A stretch of DNA of 64,000 nt from Lingula anatina (lineage: Eukaryota > Animalia > Brachiopoda). Below the pieces are notes generated by a model, which saw only the letters and a program-made list of their open reading frames with translations, was not told where the DNA came from and made no database searches. The stretch's first letter is position 1, and each line of letters starts with the position of its first letter. The position numbers and the translations under genes were made by a program. The stretch spans positions 34,230,401 to 34,294,400 of the forward strand of contig CM120641.1 in NCBI GenBank assembly GCA_051362555.1. The letters run 5' to 3'. Below are positions 13,801 through 64,000 of the stretch, in pieces.

Positions 13801-16800
13801 CCTTCATCCTTCATCCAACCCAACCCACCGAAATTATGCCTAGACATAACATGAACTGTGTAGACCATTTTGTCTGCTTTCATCCTATCCATATCTATCT
13901 ACTATCTTTAATTGCTCTGGAGAAGAATCAATAAAACTAATATGCCACACCCAGAGTAATAGAGCAAATGTGCAGGAAAACCTCTTGGGTTGAGGCTGAA
14001 AGTGGAGATGGACAAAAGGCTCGAGTAAGCTCTTCACTTTCCAACTAATCAATTTCGCATAAGAGCTTTTGCTTAAGGAACAGACAACACAGCCAATATT
14101 ATCTTACTGGCATTTACTGCCTATCATTTGACTGTGAAAGAAGAAATACAATACAATACAATACAAACTGCCTCGCGGAGAAAGACAATCTTGGTGCAAG
14201 AAAGAGTCTTGCTAGTGGATCAATCAAGTGTCCATGAGCTATCCACCTAAAAGCACAGTTAATGACAAGTAATGACCATAAATATCAGCGATGCTGAGCT
14301 TGAGTTGAGAGCTTATTCCTTTGGGGATATTAGTCATATGTAGAAATTGGACTTACACATCTTTATTAAAAAGAAACAGTATTGTTTGTTAGGCATTCAA
14401 TAATCTTAAAATTGCACCAATAAAACTGATATTCTTTTTTAAAATTAGAATCCCAGTGTTATGAATTTCAGATTATCAGCCTTATCTACGTCAATATCAG
14501 CAACAAGTGAGTAAAAAAAGAAGCTAACTCACACCAGGAAGTCAGCATGCAATGCAGGAGAGGGAAAAAAAACTACATCTCAGTCTTCTTGCAGATGTAA
14601 ACACTTGAAGGAGGGCGTTAACTAGTGCCCATGTCAGCTTTACATAATTATGTATAATTTCTTTTACCTCCACTGAGCTTCACATACCACCGTAACCAAA
14701 ATAAGCCTACTCCCTTCCCAAAGGCCAATCCAAGGTTCCAACCTTGGTGTGCACCTGGTTACTTCTCAGCTATAACTGCCTCAAGACCAGTAGAACACCT
14801 GGGCCTCAGCCAAATTTACCAACCATCACCGGAAAGGTGTATCCTTTAATCTGTATTTAAAGTCACCTCAGTGAAAAACATTAAAATTCTGAACCACTGG
14901 CAAACCACATTAATGACTTCCAAATTAGTTACTGTCTTGGGCAATTCATTATAGGCTCTAACATTTTTTTTACTGTTTTGTTTCGGTGCTTTGCATTATT
15001 TTAACCATTCTTTGGCAGAGCTGAATGATGCTTAGCAGGGAGTGCACATTAATTAATAATTGTGGGAAGATGAGGGAGGGGGAATTTGGAAGAAATGGCA
15101 GAAGTGACTGCAGCTTATTATAAATCTTGTGCATACAAAATGTTCTCTAACCTTGACTGACTGTGAAAAAAATTATTGCTGTTATAAATTCTCATTTGCT
15201 GAAAGCCTATACTAGTACCTAAAAATGGCGTTTTGTTTTTCACATGTCTATACTTAGTAAATATCTGATCACTTTTTATTTCAAAACTGTTTATACCTAC
15301 TTATTTACTTAAATTATCGGTGCAATTAGTATGGTAACAACAAAGCAGTGTGTAAAGTATTCGACTCAGATATAAGCATTTACACAATATACTGATATCA
15401 CTGTTTAGAGAGGTTCATAATGATAAGAGGCCTGTTACCGTTATTTTCAAAACTTCAACTTGTAACTTGGCCAAGCATTACTTTGAACTGTAATCAAAAA
15501 GATTTTTGTCTTAATTAAACCCAATAAGTATGCTGATTAGACTTGGAAAAAAATTACAACATTCATATATCTAAAGAGTGATTAACATTTCACCTCAAGA
15601 AAAAAATCTTGTCAATAACAGAAAGGGTAGTAAACTGAAGGAAAAGGGGACATCTAAAGTATATGTTAAATTTATAAATATGACAACAGGATCTGTCCAG
15701 ATTTAAAAAAAACAAAAAAACTACACAGCCTAAATCTAATTCATAACAGTGTGGAGGAAAATCAAATTCAAAAGTTCTATGATGCTGTTATTGATAAAAT
15801 AAAAGAATCATTGCCAGCACAAACTTTTTGTAATGCTGCTAGTGCATCATAAATAATGTACATCTTTCAGCATTATGTGGTCTTAAATTAAACTTCAGAA
15901 ATATGCCAACACACTACACACTTTTAATTGAGAAGTGAGTTGGAGAAGTATATTTCAAAGCACCTTGTATGGTATACTGGGTCATATTTTGCATACATGG
16001 TACCTTCAAATTCATCAATCACATTCAGCGGCGGATTGAGACCGTCTTCTGGGTCTTCCAGAAGACAGTCGGATTTTAAAGTTTATATTGACAGGTATCT
16101 ATTTTTTTTCTGTTGGAAGACCATCAAAAATGGAGGATGGATCAACAAAGATAATTTGGAATACTGTCAGAAAATATCTCTGGATCCGCTCCTGCACATT
16201 GGAATTTTTGCAATTGTAAATTATCTGCCATGGAAATGAAAGAAGATCTCTTGTGGTGGGATAATGATTGAACAATTGAAATGTATACCTAATACTACTT
16301 CCTGGACTTCTTTGACGCCCTGAGAGATCATGGCTGGCAGTCCTGTAAACTCCAACTCGGTGGAAAACTTCACTAGAGCATTCACTGATGCTAGGAGTGG
16401 ATCACAGAAAAAACTACATCTGTAATGTAAGCTTTCACTGGGTCTCTGCTTGAATGCCTTGATACTGGCCACCAATACCCCAGCACAAGCTGTAGCACTT
16501 TTTATACACAGTTTAAACTGATCTTGGGTAAAAGGGTCTATGGCCATTTCACTGGCAACTCGACAGCATTCTGTGAGTTTTGTCAAATGTTTTGATATGT
16601 CAGTACAGTTTTCAATGAGAACCTGAGGTGTCAGATCTTCAACCTGTGCTGTGCGAAGTTTTACACAAGTTATCTCTAAGTCTAATTTGGCACAAGCTAT
16701 TTCATATTTATCGACTATTCCCTTTTGTGCCGGCTCAAATTCCTCTTGGCTGCTTGCAAGTAAATATGCTGAATGGCTACAGCATTCCATGAGTTGTACC

Positions 16801-17081
16801 ACAACAAGGCACATGTCTTGGATCAGTTTACTGATGTCCTGCCATCGCGTTGTCACATCATATAACTGTCTGGTGAGAGAAGACAGTATGGCATGCAGGC
16901 CTTCTGTCTGTGCTAGTATCACATCTCTACAGTCAGAGAATGAGCTCCCAAACATTACCAGATTGTCAGATTTGACTGGGCGCACGTCGCTCGTTAAAAG
17001 AAGCATCTCTGCAACACCCTGCATCTTAAGCTGACAACAGTCACTAGTCATTGCCACTTCCCTAGTTTGGGGTGTTGACAT
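10813..17081 (-). CDS. TLNRD1: Talin rod domain-containing protein 1 (MESDC1), two coding exons
   Basis: Exon 1 17081-16289 (ATG of MSTPQ; a further in-frame ATG at 17111), phase-1 intron GTATAC...TTTTTTTACAG, exon 2 11015-10813 (TAG). DCCQLKMQGVAEMLLLTSDVRPV matches the vertebrate TLNRD1 N-terminus ([23 protein letters not shown]). DQFKLCIKSATACAGVLVASIKAFK and VLG|GTCMNITSSCIQLCKAIKQL match its C-terminal helical bundle. Confidence 0.92.
16026..16194. mobile_element. MITE family A (CAGGGGCGGAT-type TIRs, 6-bp TSD), copy 1
   Basis: Ends CAGCGGCGGAT...ATCCGCTCCTG, flanked by CACATT on both sides (16020-16025, 16195-16200). Alignable along its length to 56142-56311. Confidence 0.85.
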
Positions 17082-17659
17082 GCCAGAATCCTCGAAGCAC
17101 AAACACACCATAACAAGATAGTGATACACAACGCAACCTTTTCTCAAATAAGGCGTGTTACCCTTTTCTTACTTTGCATACTGGACTGAAATCCCTCCAC
17201 CTTATATTGTGGCTGATTCACTGCAGTTACAAAGCCTGACTTGGATAAGTCACCGATGTCCACTGATAAGACAGTTTCACTAGCTAACGGTTATGCAGCT
17301 ACCGTACATTTTACATTGCAAGCCCTTTTCTCCACATCATGGCTGTGCCACACTCTATAATATCTGTTGATCCACATTCTTCTGATCAATGACTTAACGC
17401 TGAAAAAAGCTTGGGCCAAGTGCATTTCATTCCAATAACATCGTGTGCTCTTCCCTTGGCCAAGTATCGCTAAACTGCACGAGAGATCGCGTTAATAACG
17501 ATCAATTTGCGTTGATACGCTTGTTCAACAAAAAGTAACACCGCATCACTTGTAAGTTAAATGAAGAAATATGTATTTTGGTGAAATGAATAAGCAAAAT
17601 AAGTTAAATATGCAAAATTTACTGATAAAATAACGGTTATGAATAGATGAAATGATATG

Positions 17660-17965
17660 AATCATGCGCGCATTGATAAAAGAAGTGCCACATAACCAGG
17701 TGATCTGCCTAGCACATGCTTCCGGAATAGGGAATAACAAGGAGACTTCCGGCGGAACTTCTTTTCTGCTCAACGTCTTGTGTGTCTTTTCTGCTCGCAG
17801 AAGAAGAATATGGCCCCAGTATTAAGCACTTTTAGTAAAGTAAGTATTCCTTAAAGTATTTACCATATTTCTCAGGCTATGCCCATCCTGTTCGTGTCCA
17901 ATTATCTGTTTTTTTCGGGTGACCACATGCAACTTCCGTTCTGACCAGTGAAAGATGGCGGTTGT
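17660..17965. promoter_or_regulatory. Bidirectional TLNRD1/GABPB promoter with ETS (GABP-type) and YY1 motifs
   Basis: CpG-containing segment between divergent genes. TTCCGGAA 17720-17727, ACTTCCGG 17745-17752 (CCGGAAGT on minus) followed by CGGAAC, ACTTCCG 17932-17938, YY1-type AAGATGGCGG 17952-17961, palindrome ATGCGCGCAT 17664-17673. Confidence 0.65.
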
Positions 17966-18598
17966 TTTGTTGTCATTTGCCGCTGACGCTAGTAATGTTG
18001 CGAACGCGGCGATATCCGTTGGTAAAATCAAATATAAATGCTCAGGTAGAAGTACCCCCTTTTTGTTCAGAAGTGCTGTTTCTGGTACCTAAATAATCAC
18101 CTCGGTTCTTTTGGTGTTATGCATTTGTTGTGAAATGTTGCACCCCAGCGCTAAGCTGAGGGGCAATGAGTATTTGCTTTTCGAGTTTTTACTACATCAA
18201 GTATGTGGTGATTTTGATCAGTGCCTCTGGTTTTTAGGTTAAATAGTTTGGCAAGTTACTAAATGGTTTTTCTAGCTCCATCCATGAATTGACATCAGCT
18301 CAAGATTATTATACTTGAATGAGTTTTGAAGCAAGTATTTGGTTTTTTAAGAAATTTAGTTCAAGTGGAAGTGATAAATGTTTATTCATTGTTGAAGCTT
18401 ATCACTAAATGGTATGCTTTATTCACAGAACACAATGCTGTTGAAGAGGTAAGCTGTTTTTGGTAAAGACATATCTTGCTGCTGTAGTGATCCACTGCAA
18501 AGGAACAAAAAGAACTAAAAGAAAAAAAAAATACCGGAGAAAAAATTGCATAACTAACACAGAGGCACATATCCCAATTTGACTAAACAACAGCTATC

Positions 18599-21500
18599 AT
18601 GTCTCTGGTTGATCTTGGAAAGAGACTGCTTGATGCAGCAAAAAAAGGAGACACAGAAGATGTCCGCATGTTGATGACAAATGGAGCACCTTTCACAACT
18701 GATTGGGTAAGTGATGCTTGATGTATTTGCAAACTGATCTATGTTTTTTAATTGATTGAGGAATATGTGTAAATTGTCTTGCCTTCAGCAGTGTTACATT
18801 AGATTCCAAGTTTGTACTTGGCATGGATCTTACTGGGATATTTTCATTGTGTCACTTTGTGAACATTACAGATGCATATATTGGCATTTGATACAGTCAT
18901 AAATCTGAATTGTATCAATATGTATTTTTTTCTGTTGAATTCTTCTTCGAAGTTGCCTTAGGAGAAATGCTAACTTGGTCGACAACTTTTGTTTTTAGTT
19001 AGGCACATCACCGCTACATTTTGCCTCCATGTATGGACATGAAGCTACGGCTGAGGTTTTGTTAAGAGCAGGGATCAGCAGAGATGCTAGAACCAAAGTA
19101 GACAGGACTCCTCTACATGTGGCAGCGCAGAATGGGCACACAAACATTGTAGAACTTCTGATTAAGAACCAGGCTGATGTGGAAGCCAAAGATATGGTTA
19201 GACATTCAGTAAACCCAAAAATGAATAAAAAATATATAATTAAATGAAGTAAATAATGGTAATGTGGTTAGTGAAAGTCATTTATTTTAAACAAAAAGTA
19301 GAAAGATAATAATAATAATAATTGAGGATCCCTTGACGGGAACAGTTATTTTTCTCCACATACCAAGTGCTAAATGTGGGTAGAAAACCCATGTACAATG
19401 ACATGGTGAGATGATTTTTACTCCCCAGGTTATAAAATATTGCTGTAATGTAGGTTACTACCCAGTTAACCATTTGGCAGATCAGCTTTACATTTGGCAG
19501 CTGTGTTAGATTTTTGTCCCACGTCAGTGACAAATTGAAAACCATGCTATGGTCATAACTGATTATTACTGATTATTACTTTTTAATATATATATATATG
19601 AATATTTTTTAATTTAAATTTTTTTTCCAGTTAAAAATGACCCCACTGCACTGGGCTGTTGAAAAGGGTCATGTTCCAGTGATAGAAATCTTGTTAAAGC
19701 ATGGAGCTGATGTACACTGTGAAAACAAGGTAATGTCAAAGTTGAGAAGGTTGAACAAATTTTAAGAAAGAGATAAAATCAGTTTTCAAATTATTAGCTA
19801 ATCTGATAATTGAATTTTTCACACTGGAGTATTCCAGTACTCACTTGCAATTTTGACAAAAGCAATTTTTACTTTCTCTCAATTTATTTTGTTTTCTTTG
19901 TTGGATAGGTATTTTCTATGAAGCAATAACATACTTATAGGCAAAATAAAAGGTCAACTTTTTTTTAAATTTATGGATATTTATTTTAGTTTGACAAGTC
20001 CCCAATAGATGTAGCAGTGTGGAATGGAAGATATGATATAAGCCAGCTATTGCAAACAAAACAGGTAGGCTTTGCTTCCATTAATATTACTATTATTATA
20101 TTTTTTTAATGTTTCATAGTTCATATGTATGGTGTTAATATTGGTAATTTATTTCTGTCACTTTATTTTTGAAGAATTGTAGAGTTCAAAAGCTATTGTA
20201 AAAATTGTGCTTTGCCAAATGAAAAGAATCAACAGTATTATGTTTTATGTGTGTAGATAGAGAATGAGGGTGCCTCTACATCTGGTGCTAGCCGTGGCAT
20301 CACGGTATCCGAGTCTGATGCAGCTGCTGCAGAGTTGACAGTGTCCGAGGATGCCATTCCCACCTCAGCCCTTGTTGAACTAGTCACAAATCATAACACA
20401 GGTTTGTCTGATAAACATTAAGCCAACTTTTTTTCACAAGGGTTCAAACTTATTGACAATGTGAAGAATTCTAAAAGGTTAGCTATCGGACAAGCCTTGA
20501 TGGTCCATAGTAAGTATTATGTGAAGGGCAGATGGTTGTCTAGAGCTAGGTCAATGTAATACTTGGGATAAAACCGTATCCAGGTAAAGTGATTTTCTCT
20601 TATTTAAGATCCAAGATAAAAAGTGATGTAACATATTAACTTTGATGTAAGGTTTAACCATAGATCACTACACAGAATGTAAGTCGTGTTTCCAGATAAT
20701 ATTTGAAGTTATTTCTCTGTTTGACAGGCACTGTGCCCAAGACTAGTGTATCCTCTGACCAGAGCAGCACCTCTGTGTTAGCCACCCTGGCCGCCCTGGC
20801 AGAGGCCACTGCTCCTCTCAGTGCATCTGCAGCAGGTTAGTAGATGAATTGGAGCAGAATAGTAAATTAGTACAGGTCAGTCAGTTAATGAGCATAGGTA
20901 AGTATTGAAATCATTTCAAAATTATAACTCTGTTTTATGGTTGCTCCAGATTTTTGCGGTGTTTTTGTGTGTGCGTGCGTGCGTGTGTGTGTTTGCATTT
21001 GGAAGAGAAATAAAATGGACCAAAAAATGACCACGTTTTGTTCTCTGTTATTTCAATAATTGATTGAATTGACATCAGAATAAATTTTGTTCTGAATTTT
21101 AATCATACTAGAGGACATATTGCAATAGTATAATATTTTAGGCACCAGTGCAGCAGAAGCATTGAACTGGTTGGAGACACATGGTATAACCACAGTAGCC
21201 AATGATCAGCCATCAGTAGTGACAGCTATAGAAGGAGGGCAGGGATTTGCCCTCACAGGTGTTATTATTATTATTATTTATATAATTATTATTGGTGGAA
21301 AGGTGGCACTTCAATTTGCATTGTTGTCAAAATGTCATAAAAACACATGCATACACAAAAATTAGTTCAGTGCAGGAAAACTTGTATTTAGTTTATTGTA
21401 CAGTTTAATTGTTCACATGTGAAGGATTTGTGTATATATTCAATTTCAGAAGCGGGCAAATTGGCCTTAAAATTTGTAAAACAAGGGAGCCAAGGCGGAT

Positions 21501-22521
21501 CGGATGATGAGCAGGGGGACAAACAAATGGTAAATATACAGGCTAGGTTGAGTTTGTGTATTGTGTGAAATTAAACTTCAAATGATTTGAACTTTGCTTG
21601 ATGTTAATAGACTAAATAAATGCTTTACTTCAATTCATTTTTCAGAAAGTTATCACCATAGTAACAGAACAGGACGGAACAACACAGGAGAGCCAAGTAG
21701 TTGTGATGAGAGAGGAATCCACAGGTATGGGATAATCATACAGATAGTCCTTATTGATCTCAATTTTGGAGATTTTTTGCAGAAATGTTTAGCACAAAAT
21801 AGTAAATGTGTATGGTTGTCATTTGGTATTTTTGTGTGTTCAGTAGTTTCAAGAATAAATTTCATAATGTAAAACGACTGTCTGACAGTTGTGGAAACAT
21901 AGCTTGTGGCATAATGAGGATCTTTTATGTTTTACTTAAACCATTTACAGGGTTAATAAAACTGTTCTCTAACATTGCATTTCATAATCTTAAAAGTTCA
22001 TTTTTAAACACCAAAGAGTATGTTTTAGCATGTTGTCATTTTCTGCTTCTCTAGGCAATGGCGATGGTTCAGATGGAGAGCCTTTAGCTAAGAAAAGTCG
22101 CTCATCTGGAGACAATGTGGATGGTGAACATGATGCCATAGCTAGATGGTTACAGGTGAATTTCTCCTTTTGTTTGTTTTACTCTTATTATTCCTTTGAC
22201 TTTTCACTCAACAATGTTATCTAGTTTAATTGCTTTTAATGAGTCCATCATTTGTCTTCAAATGGAAGCAGTGGTGCTATTTATTCTTTCAATTATGAAT
22301 GGTCAAAATGAATTACTTTGGTCATGAATTATTTGAAAAATGTTTTGCAGGGGAAACAAAGTTTTGAAACATTGGACCAAAATGATCTCAGAAAACAGTT
22401 GGAAGAAGTGCAGAAACAAGCTGAGGCATATAAGCTGCAGCTGAAGCAGAAAGAGGAAGAAGCAGAAGTGTATAAGAAACAGCTGAATGAAATAGCGAGC
22501 AAGACCCCACCATCTTCATGA
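18599..22521 (+). CDS. GABPB1: GA-binding protein subunit beta (ankyrin repeats plus C-terminal leucine zipper), complete, 11 coding exons; GABPB1/GABPB2 co-orthologue
   Basis: Exons 18599-18706, 18999-19196, 19631-19729, 19990-20064, 20257-20401, 20728-20835, 21142-21258, 21450-21529, 21646-21724, 22055-22155, 22351-22521 (TGA). Starts [43 protein letters not shown] and contains [48 protein letters not shown]-like EPLAKKSR and zipper [33 protein letters not shown], all GABP-beta hallmarks. Confidence 0.96.
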
Positions 22522-22715
22522 TGTCTTCAATTTGTAGTTATGTGTACAAAGTTTTAATTGTCATGGAAGTGCTCCAACTTATCTTATAACTTCGATTAAA
22601 AATGGACTGATGATATCTGTTTACATTGTACAACCAAAGGTTTTGACATTTGGTGTGCTGAAAACTAGTTTTGAAGATAAGTAAATCGTTTATTGTGTAT
22701 TTTTTTAACTATGGC

Positions 22716-22785
22716 TAGTGAGGATGTTGGAGAATTCCACTCAATATATAGTGAGGATGTTGCAGAATTCCACTCAATATATAGT
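22716..22785. repeat. 33-bp tandem duplication in the GABPB 3' UTR
   Basis: TAGTGAGGATGTTG(G/C)AGAATTCCACTCAATATA twice, one mismatch. Confidence 0.9.
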
Positions 22786-23535
22786 AACTGTAGTGGAACT
22801 ATATATGATAGCAGTTTTTTACTCACTCCTTTATGAATGGTCCTGTAATCAGGAAAAACTTGACTGAAAATTTTGTTTATAAGAAAGACCTGTACGTGGC
22901 ATTATCGATTGGTTCAAGATTAAGTATGCCAGACTTTGACTTGATTTGAGATGATGAGTGAGAATGGACCATGATTTTTTTTTATAGATTATATTGGCAT
23001 AAAATGTGATGTTGCTTTGTATAGAGTATTGTAAATATTAAATTTTGCTGTACACCTAGGCTTAGAATATAATGAAATATTTATATCAATTGTGAATAAG
23101 GTATATTTACGGCTGTTCGGGTTACAGCCACTGTCAGAAAAGTCAAGGAAGTGTTCATCTTTCCATTTTGTGTTTATCTTCATTATTTTCACGATGAGCT
23201 TTTTTGATTGTACCAATTGTGCCATTTTTCATGGGCATGTATAACACTTGGGTGCAAATGAAGGTAAATTTTGAAAAGAAAAGCAAATTCAACACTTACA
23301 TTTGTTAAAATTGTGCTTTTCACATTATAATACTGTAAATATCTGGTATGCTGGTCCATTCAAAAGGCAAATGATGGAGCTTTGCTAGTATTGTAAATCT
23401 GGAAGTCTGAATGATCATTTAAGCAATTTGGAATGTGTATACATTTCAAGTAACTATATAGTTGCTCTATACTTGTTCCCATTATGTCATGTTGCATGTA
23501 GATTAAATGTACAATAGTAGTGTCATAAGATGAAT

Positions 23536-23545
23536 AATAAATAAA
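23536..23545 (+). terminator. Probable GABPB polyadenylation signal
   Basis: Overlapping AATAAATAAA about 1 kb after the stop, followed by T-rich sequence. Confidence 0.5.
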
Positions 23546-24129
23546 ATGTTACATGCCTTTTTGTAAGCCAGTACAGATTTGTTTTAAGAGTTGCCAAAAT
23601 GTTGATCATTATCCTAATGGAAATCGTCATTTTTGCCACTTAAAAGTACATATACCACTTACTTATATCAGGACAAGTAATACTTGTTTTAACAGGTTAA
23701 TGCCATGAATTGATATCACCAAAAACAATCTAGTGTATCACCACCTGGATACAGTTTTGAATGGTGCCACCCTAACATTGGTGCTCAAAGTGATGTGTTA
23801 TTAAAAAAAAAAAAGCGTTAGCAGTGGTTAAGGGCTTCATAATTTTCCCAGAATGTTATAGTGAGTGTGAGGAAAGGAGGATGGCAGGTTGTTTAGTTGG
23901 AGAAATTACCGTTTACCCCAGGAAAAAGTTTTTTGCTGGTGCTGGGCACCTTTAAATATGTTATCCATCCCGACTTGAAATTTGTTGATATATGGTATGA
24001 AGAAAATGCCACAGAAAAATTATTTTTTAAAAATTTCTTCCCCCACCCACAACCCCTGGAAACTCGAATTTTTGATATTATGATAAAATTGAGATATTTC
24101 AGCAATTTGCTTATAACCCCATAAGCATA

Positions 24130-24135
24130 TTTATT
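24130..24135 (-). terminator. Probable VPS13 polyadenylation signal
   Basis: TTTATT on plus (AATAAA on minus) about 1.1 kb after the stop; other candidates exist (e.g. near 24303). Confidence 0.4.
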
Positions 24136-25273
24136 ACAATTTGGTTACGTATTCCATACCATTTTAGCAGCAAACAACAACAACATTAAAGCTCTAATAT
24201 AAGTGATATGAAATTATTGCACACTTACTAATCAAAAACCTTTTATAATTTACAAACTACCCCAGTTCTACCTAATATATAATTCCTAATAAACTTCTTG
24301 CCTTTATTAAAGACTGAAATAGAAATCACACAAAACATATTGTAAAAAAAAAAAAAACAACCTTGTGCTCCACTCAAAATGTATGTCAAAACATGAACTT
24401 CGAAAATAATATCAATCATGTAAGATTCATTATTAAGTGCAATAAATCTGAGGTCATTTTTTATGTCTTGCATAACTATTTGGTTAAGAGGCCTTATCTT
24501 GATCAATTCTTAACATCTTAACTTTTTTAACCACAACTAAACAGCACCACAGGCATGAAACAATTGGCCAAACTAACCTTACATAAATATAAGCTTTAAG
24601 CTCAAATTTAAAGTGCTTCAGCTAGTGCAGACAGGCAAAGCACCACCTACAACACTGATTATGCTTCTTAAATAACTCTACCAATAATTTGCAGTAATAT
24701 GGCAAGCAATCTCAATAACCAGAGCTCTGGTAATTCTTGGTAAAGACATTATCTAAACTTGATTGGAAAATGAGGCCTCTAGTTACAAGGCATAAAATTT
24801 GAGTAGACATCTCTTTAGATATGAGTTAATATTATACATAACCACATGACGATCAAAATTGTATACTTATTCAAACTTCAGTCACAATTAAATCAGATTG
24901 ATTGCTGTTTTCCATTATTTAGTAGCATATACACATATTTTATAAACATAGAAAGTATCAAATTTTGAAAATATCTCTTCTTCAACAATAATAAATAGCA
25001 GAAGCAACTTTCAACTGGCAGTCAAAAGATATCCTATACATGCTGTATAAGAACAGTACTGAAGAAGAAAATGTATAGACTTCCTGTTTATGCTTAAGCA
25101 GCATAACTCAAGTGAAGGGTACACATATATTTGTAAGTATTTTCACAGAACCTTTAAATGTTCATATAATCAATATTATTGTTGATTTTTCTCAGTTTCT
25201 TTGACAAAGTCTATGCTGTCAAATCATATTCCACAATGTCTGCCAGTAAATCTTCTCTTTCTTGAATGGAGGA

Positions 25274-64000
<38,727 letters not shown>

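Noticed and set aside
16651-17034. 127-aa plus-strand ORF
   Set aside because: Antisense shadow of TLNRD1 exon 1.
17082-17147. ORF-track N-terminal extension of TLNRD1
   Set aside because: Starts at a non-ATG codon; homology begins after the ATG at 17081.

Overview
AT-rich, intron-rich animal genomic DNA, probably a marine invertebrate such as a mollusc (inferred from gene structure and repeat types). Four protein-coding genes alternate in orientation: the last 6 exons of a TTC23-like TPR gene (+, 1-2982), a two-exon TLNRD1/MESDC1 (-, 10813-17081), a complete 11-coding-exon GABP-beta gene (+, 18599-22521) that is head-to-head with TLNRD1 across an ETS/YY1-motif promoter, and the 3' 54 exons of a VPS13A/C-family lipid-transfer gene (-, 25274 to beyond 64000). 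All exon chains were traced by hand and are phase-consistent with GT-AG introns. Introns hold a 2.9-kb non-autonomous Helentron (HINE) with about 12 copies of a 146-bp unit full of nuclear-receptor DR1 motifs, three CAG-ended MITE families with 6-bp target duplications, an 8-bp-TSD hAT MITE, Harbinger-like MITEs, a truncated RTE LINE and foldback elements. The best leads are frame-preserving cassette and micro-exons (12, 15, 42, 96 nt) in the long VPS13 introns with a UGCAUG cluster, possible GABP autoregulation of a bidirectional promoter, and the fact that all four genes have human homologues on chromosome 15q. No database searches were run; identities rest on recalled family motifs.
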